A stretch of DNA of 64,000 bases from Candidatus Kapaibacterium sp. (lineage in GTDB: Bacteria > Bacteroidota > Ignavibacteria > Kapaibacteriales > UBA2268), in contig JAONBD010000002.1 of assembly GCA_028376765.1 (NCBI GenBank), positions 9,930 through 73,929 on the forward strand, read 5' to 3'. Under the pieces are notes generated by a model. That model was not told the DNA's origin and did no database searches. It saw nothing but the letters and a program-made list of their open reading frames with translations. Below, one piece after another: positions 49,846-58,307 of the stretch (within the stretch, counting starts at the first letter, position 1; the number at the start of each line of letters is the position of its first letter). Both the position numbers and the translations under genes were made by a program.

Positions 49846-52029
49846 ATGGGATCATACGAAGACGTACTAAAAAGTGCAACCAACCAAAGTTCAAATAAAA
49901 ATATTCTGTTCCAATTTTCAAAAACTTATCCTGCATGGGTAATATTCATTATTACACTTGCACTTAGTTTTGTTTTATGGCAATTTATTGAACAACAAGT
50001 TAATAATGAGAACCAAAATAATTTTGAAAAAGCTAGTTCTTCATTAATGGTTCGATTAGAAGAAAAATACCAATCAGAAATCCAGGTATTAAATTCAATC
50101 AAACCAGTTTTTAAGAGCTTTGTAGTTAGAGATGCATTTGAATTGAATGCAAAATCACCTGTTAATGCAGATACTGTAATTAGAACAATTATGAAGGTAA
50201 CTGAAGTTGATACTAGCTACTATGATGATTTTATTTACAACACTCGTTCGCAGGGTTATTATGATTTGAAAATTCACCCTGAACAAAAACGAGATATTTA
50301 CAATATAGTAGAATATGTTGTACCATTTGAAGTAAATCAAGACAGATCTGGATATGACTTTAGCTCAGAGCCAGAAATCGCAAAATTATTTAGAATGTCA
50401 GCAAAAGATGATGAAATTCTGATGTCTCCAATCTATGATGTTAGACCTGATACTTTAGGCTTCTACATGCTTGCTCCAGTTTACAGAGCTTACCAAGAGC
50501 CTGAAAATGAAAGTGAAAGAATGGAACATTTTGAAGGAGCTTTATTATTAGAAATAAAAGTTCCAAGTTTCTTTCAAGCAGCAATTGGAGAAGGTATTGC
50601 CTCAGATTCAACAATTATATATGATATTATAGATAATAATTCACCTCGGAGTGATAAATCTTTTTACCAATCTAACAATTATTTCCTTTTAACTGATGAG
50701 TTCATCCCATTATTAAGGGATAATAAGACCTTAGAGATCGGCGGTAAAAATATCGATGTGATGTTTTACACAGTACCAGAATTTGGAGGTTTCCAAAATA
50801 ACTTACCAATAATTTCATTAATAATTGGAATTGTTGTTTCGTTTGTACTATTTGGATTCATTATATCAGTTATTACCAGTAGACAAAGAGCATTGGAATT
50901 AGCTGAACAAATGACTAAATCCCAAAGACGTATCGTTGAGTCGTCTCAAGATATTATTGCAGTTTTAGATTTCAATGGAATTTGGAAAACAATGAACCCC
51001 GCAAGTGAGGAGATTTTCAACCAAGGGACAGATGAATTAATTGGTTCATCCATCGATGAATTATTCCAAGATAAAAAAGATACTCATATATTTTACAAAA
51101 TCATTGAAAGCGGTTTAGATGATTATACTGAAAGAGTAGATTTAAAAATGCTTGCCCGTGGAAACAAGAAAAAGTGGTTGAATTGGAGTTTCACAGTATC
51201 TCACCAAGATTCTTTAGTTTATGCAATTGGTAGAGATGTTACTCTCCAAAAAGAAGCTGAGGCTCAACAAAGAATTAGAAACAAACAAGTTGAATTAGCT
51301 GAAAGATTTTCTAGAGAGGCAAGTGAATCTAAAACTTACTTTATGACAACACTTTCTCATCAATTAAGAAACTCGCTAACTGGTATTTTAGGTTATTTAC
51401 AAATGGCTAAGGAAGGATTCTATGAGAATACGGAAGAGTTGAATTCATTCTTAGAATTAGCTGAACAATCTAGTGAAGAGATATTTACTTTTGTTGCAGA
51501 TTATGTTGACATGACAATTGCTACAGATTCTAATACCAAAAATATTGATTTCTCTACTGTGAAAATTAAAGAGAATTATGAAAATGTTCTTTATAAACTA
51601 GGGCTAGAAGACAAGCCTCTTAACATAAAAACAGAATTCATTGAAGAAACTCCTAATTCTAAATTCTTAGGAGATAAAAATATAATGAGTGAAACTTTAA
51701 TGATAATTTTAAAAACATTGGCAGAAGGCAATGCTATGACCAATGTTACAATCCAAGCAACTGAAAACAGCTATGAAAAAGCTACTGAATTGCAAATACT
51801 TGGATCTGAAAATTCTATTGTTGAAGAAATGATCAAAATTTACAAACAAGAAAAAAGAGATATAGTTGATGCTCTCGAAAAAGATAAAAAAGATGTTTTA
51901 TTGAGTTTGGCAACTATTGAATCGAACATTAGAAGACTAAATGGATCTATCCAATTTGAAACATTTGGAGGCGAAGAAGGTAATGTAGTAATGATTACCT
52001 TACCTCTAACTGCAACAACAGCTAGATAA
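49846..52029 (+). CDS. Membrane sensor with CHASE, PAS and HisKA domains and a catalytic-domain-like C-terminus whose ATP-binding motifs appear degenerate
   Basis: Two TM segments flank a CHASE-like region (...MSPIYDVRPDTLGFYMLAPVYRAY). A PAS-like segment follows, then the H-box TLSHQLRNSLTGILGY (His codon 51358-60). I could not find N, G1 (DxGxG) or G2 (GxGLGL) boxes. Confidence 0.7.
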   Translation: MGSYEDVLKSATNQSSNKNILFQFSKTYPAWVIFIITLALSFVLWQFIEQQVNNENQNNFEKASSSLMVRLEEKYQSEIQVLNSIKPVFKSFVVRDAFELNAKSPVNADTVIRTIMKVTEVDTSYYDDFIYNTRSQGYYDLKIHPEQKRDIYNIVEYVVPFEVNQDRSGYDFSSEPEIAKLFRMSAKDDEILMSPIYDVRPDTLGFYMLAPVYRAYQEPENESERMEHFEGALLLEIKVPSFFQAAIGEGIASDSTIIYDIIDNNSPRSDKSFYQSNNYFLLTDEFIPLLRDNKTLEIGGKNIDVMFYTVPEFGGFQNNLPIISLIIGIVVSFVLFGFIISVITSRQRALELAEQMTKSQRRIVESSQDIIAVLDFNGIWKTMNPASEEIFNQGTDELIGSSIDELFQDKKDTHIFYKIIESGLDDYTERVDLKMLARGNKKKWLNWSFTVSHQDSLVYAIGRDVTLQKEAEAQQRIRNKQVELAERFSREASESKTYFMTTLSHQLRNSLTGILGYLQMAKEGFYENTEELNSFLELAEQSSEEIFTFVADYVDMTIATDSNTKNIDFSTVKIKENYENVLYKLGLEDKPLNIKTEFIEETPNSKFLGDKNIMSETLMIILKTLAEGNAMTNVTIQATENSYEKATELQILGSENSIVEEMIKIYKQEKRDIVDALEKDKKDVLLSLATIESNIRRLNGSIQFETFGGEEGNVVMITLPLTATTAR

Positions 52030-52055
52030 TATCTAGTAAATATTTTAAGATTTAG

Positions 52056-52083
52056 AGCCGAAGCAACACTTCGGCTTTTTTTT
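52056..52083 (+). terminator. Intrinsic terminator ending the 41-52 kb unit
   Basis: AGCCGAAG-CAACA-CTTCGGCT (perfect 8-bp stem) followed by T8. The next ATG (52085) starts 2 nt after the T-run. Confidence 0.85.
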
Positions 52084-52084
52084 A

Positions 52085-53374
52085 ATGAAAACAATTTTCA
52101 AAATATTCCTTACGATTAATCTAATAGCATTTCTATGCTCAATAACTATTATTAAAATAGTTGAAACATTAATTGTACTAAATCAAGATAATTCTAATGA
52201 AATGGTGGAATTACAAAAGGTCAGTTTTTCGCCATTCAAGAAAATAGATAAAACCATAATTGTTAAACAAAAAAATAGAAAGGAAGTAAGTAAATTTGAT
52301 TCTACAATTTATAAAATCAATATATCCGAAAAAGAAGATTTAGCTATTCCCTTTAAAATAGATACAAAAGCTGGTAAAATTTATAGAAAAATATATTCTG
52401 GCAGAAGAATAAATATTGCCTTGATTGGAATTGATTCAAAAATTGGCGAACGTTTTAAACTAGCTGATGCCAATCATATTATTTCACTTCTACCTGAAAC
52501 TAGACAAATAGAAATATACTCTATTCCACGAGATACTAAGGTCAATTTCGCTGAAGAAGATTCTTTAAAACCTAAAATTTTATCAAGATATTATTCCAAA
52601 GTTGGTAAAAATGAATATTTAAGAAAATTAGCAGAAATATCTGAATTAGATAAAGTCCACTACTGGGTTGAAGTTGGCTTTTCTCAAGTAATTGGGTTGT
52701 TAGATTTCTTTGGCTATCGGAACCCATCAAACACACTCCAAGTACTCCGTTCTCGTAAAATATTTAAGGGTGGCGACTATCAGCGTGTATATAATCAAGC
52801 GAATTTCTTGAAATATCAATTAAACAAAAATATTAATTATTATAATGAGCAGACTTTTAAAGTTATACTAAACTCAGTTCTATCATTATTAAATAATAAT
52901 TGTAATTCTGATACTCTATTTTCTTGTTATCAATCTTTTAGGTCGGATAACTTTCCGCCCTCAAATATAAATATTCAAATAAAACCAAGTTTCAAGTTTA
53001 AATATAAAGATTTTGATTTTTCAAATGATTTTGTACTAACTAAACTAGAATCAAAAGTTAGCGGTTCAAATAGAAATTATGGTTTAAAAGTGTACAAAAC
53101 TTTAGATTCTATTTTGGTTCTTGCTCAAAAGGATTCTATAAAACATCCCATATTGGTTATTTCCAAATTAGAAAAATATTTTGAACAAAAAGCTTGGCTT
53201 CAGATACCTGAAACAGAGTTTAGGAATAAAATAAGAAATCGTTTTAAAGGTTTATTATCTAGTGCCTACAGCAGAAAAAACTATAATCACAAACTTAAGA
53301 AACTACTAATCTCTTTTGAATCTGAAGAAAATCTAAACAATCTAAATCAATATGAAAAAATTACTTCTAAATAG
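52085..53374 (+). CDS. LytR-CpsA-Psr (LCP) family protein, membrane-anchored
   Basis: N-terminal TM helix. Motif INIALIGIDSK....ADANHIISL....IEIYSIPRDT matches the LCP core pattern. Confidence 0.6.
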   Translation: MKTIFKIFLTINLIAFLCSITIIKIVETLIVLNQDNSNEMVELQKVSFSPFKKIDKTIIVKQKNRKEVSKFDSTIYKINISEKEDLAIPFKIDTKAGKIYRKIYSGRRINIALIGIDSKIGERFKLADANHIISLLPETRQIEIYSIPRDTKVNFAEEDSLKPKILSRYYSKVGKNEYLRKLAEISELDKVHYWVEVGFSQVIGLLDFFGYRNPSNTLQVLRSRKIFKGGDYQRVYNQANFLKYQLNKNINYYNEQTFKVILNSVLSLLNNNCNSDTLFSCYQSFRSDNFPPSNINIQIKPSFKFKYKDFDFSNDFVLTKLESKVSGSNRNYGLKVYKTLDSILVLAQKDSIKHPILVISKLEKYFEQKAWLQIPETEFRNKIRNRFKGLLSSAYSRKNYNHKLKKLLISFESEENLNNLNQYEKITSK

Positions 53375-53840
53375 ACATGCAAAGTCCGATTGGGGAAATC
53401 AATCAATAAGTGATTTTGATCGCCCTCTCAACAAAAGAGGTCTGAAAGATGCTCCCGAAATGGCTGGTAGATTACTAAATAGAAAAATTATACCTGATAT
53501 TATTCTCTCTTCTCCAGCACTAAGAGCAATTACTACAGCTAAGTTTTTTTCAGAGCAATATTCACTAGAGCCAATAGAAGAAGAAAATATATATAGCAAT
53601 GGAATGCAGTGTTTAAGAAAAATTCTTCCAAAACTAGATAATAAATTTAGTACTGTACTATGCTTTGGACATAACCCTGATTTTACATCGTTAGCAACTT
53701 TTTACTCTGGTGAAGTGTTCTCTAATATTCCTACTTGCGGGATTGTTTGTATTGAGTTCGATACAGAAACTTGGGAAAATATTGATCAATTGAATGGCAA
53801 GCTTATATTTTTTGATTACCCCAAAAGTATCAATGACTAG
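53352..53840 (+). CDS. sixA: Phosphohistidine phosphatase SixA / histidine phosphatase family
   Basis: N-terminal LLLNRHAKSDW (the RHG-type motif), ~160 aa in length, and a later GHNP motif. Confidence 0.75.
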   Translation: MKKLLLNRHAKSDWGNQSISDFDRPLNKRGLKDAPEMAGRLLNRKIIPDIILSSPALRAITTAKFFSEQYSLEPIEEENIYSNGMQCLRKILPKLDNKFSTVLCFGHNPDFTSLATFYSGEVFSNIPTCGIVCIEFDTETWENIDQLNGKLIFFDYPKSIND

Positions 53841-54726
53841 TATTAGCATAGACCTTTTAGCAAAAAAACTTATTGAAGGACAATTAGTAATTGTTCCTAC
53901 AGAAACTGTATATGGCTTAGCAGCTAATGCACTAAATCGTGAAGCAGTTAATAATATTTTTAAAGCAAAAGGAAGACCTCAGGATAACCCCCTTATTGTT
54001 CATGTTCATAGTAAAGAGGGGATTTTAAGGTACAGCAAGAATCAACCTGATTATTTAAATTCGTTGATTGAACATTTTTCCCCTGGACCATTAACTTATG
54101 TTCTTGAAACAAATCATCTGATTCCTAGCAATATAACAGCTAACTTAGATACAATAGCAATGAGAATACCAGATAATCCTATTTTTATTAATCTATTAAA
54201 AGAATGTAATTTGCCCCTAGCAGCACCTTCAGCTAATATTTCTGGAAGACCTTCTTCTACAAATTTTAAAGATGCAAGGAACGAATTTAGCAACTCAAAT
54301 TTGGTAAACTATGGACTAGATGGTGGAAAATCATCAATTGGGATTGAATCAACTGTTATAAGGTGTAATCACAATCAAATTATTATTTTAAGACATGGAA
54401 CTTTTAAAAAAGAAGATATTGAAAAAGTAGTAGAAGTTCCTGTAGTCTTTAATAGAAGTAAAAAGCTGGAAGCTCCCGGTCAAAAATATAAACACTATTC
54501 TCCTGCCGTAAAGGTCAGTTTAGTAAATAGTTTTGAGAATTATAATACTGATATATTCTTATTTGGTGAGTATGGTGAGTCTAAATATTATTCAATAAAC
54601 GAAAGCAACATTTATGATTTTTTTCGAGAAGGTGAAACTAAAAATAAGGATATTTTAATTTTAGAAACTAGTTCTCTTAAAAACAATTTAGCTTTATTTG
54701 ATAGAATTAAAAAAGCAACTTCATAA
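53833..54726 (+). CDS. tsaC: L-threonylcarbamoyladenylate synthase (TsaC/Sua5 type)
   Basis: Motifs VPTETVYGLAANA, KGRPQDNPLIVHV and APSANISGRPS, plus a Sua5-like C-terminal extension. Start taken at ATG 53833. Confidence 0.85.
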   Translation: MTSISIDLLAKKLIEGQLVIVPTETVYGLAANALNREAVNNIFKAKGRPQDNPLIVHVHSKEGILRYSKNQPDYLNSLIEHFSPGPLTYVLETNHLIPSNITANLDTIAMRIPDNPIFINLLKECNLPLAAPSANISGRPSSTNFKDARNEFSNSNLVNYGLDGGKSSIGIESTVIRCNHNQIIILRHGTFKKEDIEKVVEVPVVFNRSKKLEAPGQKYKHYSPAVKVSLVNSFENYNTDIFLFGEYGESKYYSINESNIYDFFREGETKNKDILILETSSLKNNLALFDRIKKATS

Positions 54727-54767
54727 TTAATCATATTATTTAAATATTCCATTAGAAGTATTTCAAT

Positions 54768-55180
54768 ATGAAAAAACAAGTGAATAAAATATTAATCGGC
54801 AGAGTTGATAAAGCAGATTTACCTGAATTTGGATTTGAAAATATCGATTGCAAAATAGATACAGGTGCTGATATTAGTTCAATACATTGTTCTAAGGTAA
54901 AGTTATTAGAAAAAGATGGTGTAGATCAGCTAAATACAAGCTTTTAGATAAAATGCATCCACTGTTTAATGCTAGAACATTAACTACTGTTAATTTTACA
55001 GAAATGAATATTAAATCAAAAATCAGGATATTTAACAAAGTATTTCCAATATACTTTTCATTAGCAGATAGGTCTAAAATGACCTACAAAATATTACTTG
55101 GTAGAAAGATTTTAAATAAGAAGTTTTTAGTTGATGTCTCGCAAAAAGATTTATCAATTAATCAAAAAGGATTATCGTGA
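54768..55180 (+). pseudogene. RimB-like / PF05618 (retropepsin-like 'ATP-dependent zinc protease') gene split by a frameshift
   Basis: The first 59 codons (54768-54947, absent from the ORF track) read ILIGRVDKADLPEFGF..CKIDTGADISSIH... and then reach a TAG. The family's C-terminal half (..SLADRSKMTYKILLGRKIL..FLVDVS) continues in the -1 frame (ORF 54953-55180). The frames rejoin sensibly at CTAAAT, ~54930-54935. Confidence 0.65.
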
Positions 55181-56088
55181 AAATAGCAGTATTATCTAGA
55201 AATGAAGAGTTATACTCCACAAAAAGACTCATTGAAGCAATTGAAAAAAGAGGTCATGATGCAATTTTAGTAAACCATTCTAGATCATACATGGTTATTC
55301 AAGAAGAATCACCTCTAGTTTTTAGAGGTAAAAGTGAGGAAATTAGTGTTGATGCAATTATTCCTAGAATTGGTGCATCTGTTACATTTTATGGTTCTGC
55401 AGTAATTAGGCAGTTTGAAATGAACAAAGTATTTACAACCTTAAGTTCTTTAGCATTAGTTAGATCAAGAGACAAGCTTCGATCTTTACAAGTATTATCT
55501 AAAGCTGGAGTTGGAATTCCTAAAACTGCATTTGCAAAGCACCCGAGTGACATAGAAAGTTTAATACAGCAAATTGGTGGGGCTCCACTTGTAATTAAAT
55601 TATTGGAGGGTACTCAAGGCTTAGGAGTTGTACTAGCAGAAACTAAATCTGCTGCAAAATCGGTTATTGAAGCTTTTTTTGGATTAGAAGCTACTATTTT
55701 AGTCCAAGAATTTATTAAGGAGGCTGGTGGAGCTGTTATAAGAGCCTTTGTAATAGGCGATAAAGTAGTTGGTGCTATGAAAAGACAAGGTAAACCTGGA
55801 GAATTTAGATCTAACCTTCATAGAGATGGCGAAAGTTCATTAATTAAACTTACAAGAACAGAGAAACTTACAGCAGTTAGAGCAGCAAAAGCTCTAGGTT
55901 TAAAGATTGCTGGAGTAGATATGTTAAGGTCTGAAAGAGGGCCTTTAGTGATTGAAGTAAACTCTTCACCTGGCTTAGAAGGAATCGAAAAAACAACTGA
56001 AATTGATATAGCAGATAAAATAGTTCAGTATATTGAAGAAACAATAGTTAAATCGTCTCACGCTAAAAAAGACACCATAGGAGTTTAA
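55177..56088 (+). CDS. rimK: Ribosomal protein S6 L-glutamate ligase RimK (ATP-grasp)
   Basis: GTG start in a GTGA overlap with the upstream gene. N-terminus [16 protein letters not shown], then [21 protein letters not shown] and [13 protein letters not shown]. Confidence 0.9.
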   Translation: MKIAVLSRNEELYSTKRLIEAIEKRGHDAILVNHSRSYMVIQEESPLVFRGKSEEISVDAIIPRIGASVTFYGSAVIRQFEMNKVFTTLSSLALVRSRDKLRSLQVLSKAGVGIPKTAFAKHPSDIESLIQQIGGAPLVIKLLEGTQGLGVVLAETKSAAKSVIEAFFGLEATILVQEFIKEAGGAVIRAFVIGDKVVGAMKRQGKPGEFRSNLHRDGESSLIKLTRTEKLTAVRAAKALGLKIAGVDMLRSERGPLVIEVNSSPGLEGIEKTTEIDIADKIVQYIEETIVKSSHAKKDTIGV

Positions 56089-56116
56089 AATTAATAAGTA
56101 TTTAATTATAATTCTT

Positions 56117-56512
56117 TTGGGTGCAGCTTTACTATTAGGTAATCAAGCTAGTATAAATAAAGATGATATATTTGGGACATGGCTTACCCAAGACCAAGAT
56201 GGTAAATTTGAAATCTATGAACGTGATGGTAAGTTTTTCGGTAAACTTGTTTGGGGTAAAAACCCAAATAAACTTGATGAAAACAATCCTAATCCCAAAT
56301 TAAGAAATAGAAAATTAGTTGGGTCGGAAATATTAACTGAATTTATTTTTGACAATGGTGAATGGGTTGATGGTAAAATTTATGACCCTAGAGATGGTGA
56401 TACATATTCCTGTAATATGTGGCTTGAAGATTTAAATACATTAAAAATAAGAGGTTATGTTGGCATCTCTCTTTTCGGAAAAACTGTTACTTGGACACGG
56501 TTTAAAGAGTAG
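56117..56512 (+). CDS. DUF2147 domain protein (secreted), with the true start probably upstream at a non-canonical codon
   Basis: Pattern W....DGKFEIYERDGKFFGKLVW....GKIYDPRDGDTYSCNMW....L.IRGY.G....GKT..W.R is typical of DUF2147. The frame is open upstream to 56090 and encodes a complete signal peptide there. Confidence 0.7.
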   Translation: MGAALLLGNQASINKDDIFGTWLTQDQDGKFEIYERDGKFFGKLVWGKNPNKLDENNPNPKLRNRKLVGSEILTEFIFDNGEWVDGKIYDPRDGDTYSCNMWLEDLNTLKIRGYVGISLFGKTVTWTRFKE

Positions 56513-56516
56513 TTAA

Positions 56517-56849
56517 TCATTTTTTAGAGCAAGAAACACAAAACAGGCTTTCTGGCATAAAAAACAACCTCTCAATTGGAATAAGCTCTTTACAATTTTG
56601 ACATTTCCCAAAATCATCAGAATCTATTTTTAGAAGTTGGGTTTCCAAATCACTTAGTTTATTTTTGGCTTGTCTTTCTGAAAATTCGGCTGTTGATTTA
56701 CTACCAAGTGCTTCCATCCTACTTAATCTGCCTATAGAATTATCTGGTGAAACAGGCTTTGTAATCTCTTTAAACTGATTCAAAATCACCTTGGTTTCTT
56801 CTATTTCATCTACAATTATTTCTTTCAATTTTACTTTATCTACTTGCAT
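56517..56849 (-). CDS. DksA/TraR family C4-type zinc-finger protein
   Basis: C-terminal CQNCKELIPIERLFFMPESLFCVSC preceded by a coiled-coil-like region. Confidence 0.7.
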   Translation of the reverse strand: MQVDKVKLKEIIVDEIEETKVILNQFKEITKPVSPDNSIGRLSRMEALGSKSTAEFSERQAKNKLSDLETQLLKIDSDDFGKCQNCKELIPIERLFFMPESLFCVSCSKK

Positions 56850-56884
56850 AATAAGTTAAATTAAGAAAAATACATCTTTCTCAC

Positions 56885-56912
56885 AAAAAAAGCCCCCATT
56901 ATCTTGGAGGCT
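56885..56912 (-). terminator. Intrinsic terminator after rplT
   Basis: The minus-strand RNA forms AGCCUCC-AAGAUAAU-GGGGGCU (7 bp including one G.U) followed by U7. Confidence 0.65.
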
Positions 56913-56938
56913 TTAATTTTTATCAAATTCAATTTGAA

Positions 56939-57286
56939 TTATTTTGTGACTTTCTTACAAATACTTGAAAATACTTGTGGGTCATTCATTGCAAAATGAG
57001 CTAATAATTTTCTATTTACATCAATATTATTAAGCTTTAAATTATGCATTAATCTTGAGTAAGTAGTACCATTCAATCTTGCAGCAGCATTTATTCTAAT
57101 GATCCAAAGTCTGCGATAAGATCTTTTTTTAAGTTTTCTACCAACAAAGGCATGCAGTAAACCTTTTTCTACGTGATTTTTAGCAACTGTCCAGACATTT
57201 TTTCTTGATCCCCAGTAACCTTTGGCTAGCTTGATGAATTTTTTTCTTCTACGTCTGGAAGCTACTTTATTTTGTGATCTAGGCAT
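56939..57286 (-). CDS. rplT: 50S ribosomal protein L20
   Basis: N-terminus [33 protein letters not shown] at 57286 with AGGA 4 nt upstream. The listed ORF begins at an upstream TTG. Confidence 0.95.
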   Translation of the reverse strand: MPRSQNKVASRRRRKKFIKLAKGYWGSRKNVWTVAKNHVEKGLLHAFVGRKLKKRSYRRLWIIRINAAARLNGTTYSRLMHNLKLNNIDVNRKLLAHFAMNDPQVFSSICKKVTK

Positions 57287-57347
57287 ATTCCTAATCTCCA
57301 ATTATGACCGAGGGTGAGCTTTAACCCATGAGTCAGTTAAAAAATTT

Positions 57348-57542
57348 TTATACTCCCGGTAGTAATCTAGATACTTCTTTCATATCTGATTTATCTACTT
57401 GGAATGTTCCTCTAAGCTGTCTTTTACGCTTAGATGACATTTTTGTAAGTATGTGACTGCGAAAAGCTTTCTTTCTTTTAAAACCATTTTTTGTTTTTCT
57501 GAAACGCTTTCTAGCTGCCGCATTTGTTTTCATTTTTGGCAT
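57348..57542 (-). CDS. rpmI: 50S ribosomal protein L35
   Basis: N-terminus [24 protein letters not shown], 64 aa in total. Confidence 0.95.
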   Translation of the reverse strand: MPKMKTNAAARKRFRKTKNGFKRKKAFRSHILTKMSSKRKRQLRGTFQVDKSDMKEVSRLLPGV

Positions 57543-57605
57543 TTGTTTCTCTACTTTTTGTTTTTCAAGGATTGCAAATTTAAAAATAATAATCTAAATG
57601 TACAA

Positions 57606-58193
57606 TTATTTTTTCTTAGTTGGAGATAAAATAACAGTTAAATTTCTACCTTCCATTCTCATTGGGTTATCAACCTTACTAACTTCAGCAAGTGCAATAA
57701 TGAATTTATCTAATAATTCCATTCCGATTTCTTTGTGGGTAATTTCTCGACCCCTAAACATAACAGTACCTTTTACTTTGTTTCCCTCTTCCAAGAAATC
57801 TTTTGCGTGATTAGTTTTAAAATTGAAATCGTGAGTATCGGTTCTTGGTTTAAACCTAATTTCTTTTAGCTGTTGCTTATGTTGATTTTTCTTTTGAATT
57901 TTTTCTTTTTTCTGCTGCTCGTAAATGTATTTACCATAATCCATTATTTTACAAACAGGTGGTTCTGCTTGTGGAGCGATTTCGATTAAATCCATTCCAA
58001 ACTCAGTTGCTTTTGCAATTGCTTGTCCTTTGGACATTACACCCAGCATTTCGCTATCTGGTCCAATTACTCTGAATTCTTTACCACGTATTTCGTGATT
58101 TGTTTTATGTTTTTTTTCTTGTGGTCTTGGTTGAAATCTCTTACCTCTGAAACCTCCACCACCGCCAAATTTAGCATGTAGAATTTGTAGCAA
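57606..58193 (-). CDS. infC: Translation initiation factor IF-3
   Basis: Pattern NHEIRGKEFRVIGPDSEMLGVMS...DLIEI...PPVCKIMDYGKY. The non-ATG start (TTG at 58193) has AGGAAAG 6 nt upstream and an in-frame TAA two codons upstream. An in-frame ATT at 58184 is an alternative start. Confidence 0.9.
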   Translation of the reverse strand: MLQILHAKFGGGGGFRGKRFQPRPQEKKHKTNHEIRGKEFRVIGPDSEMLGVMSKGQAIAKATEFGMDLIEIAPQAEPPVCKIMDYGKYIYEQQKKEKIQKKNQHKQQLKEIRFKPRTDTHDFNFKTNHAKDFLEEGNKVKGTVMFRGREITHKEIGMELLDKFIIALAEVSKVDNPMRMEGRNLTVILSPTKKK

Positions 58194-58307
58194 AAATTAC
58201 TTTCCTAATAGTGTAACAAAATTTGATTCTATAATAAACGTAAACATACAAAATTTATTAGTAATTTTGAATATTAAACTTATCAATAATAAAGGTTTAA
58301 CCATAAA

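Noticed and set aside
54925-54950. Programmed -1 ribosomal frameshifting in the rimB-like gene.
   Set aside because: There is no X-XXY-YYZ slippery heptamer at the frame junction and no obvious downstream stimulatory structure. A simple 1-nt indel in an A-run explains it better.
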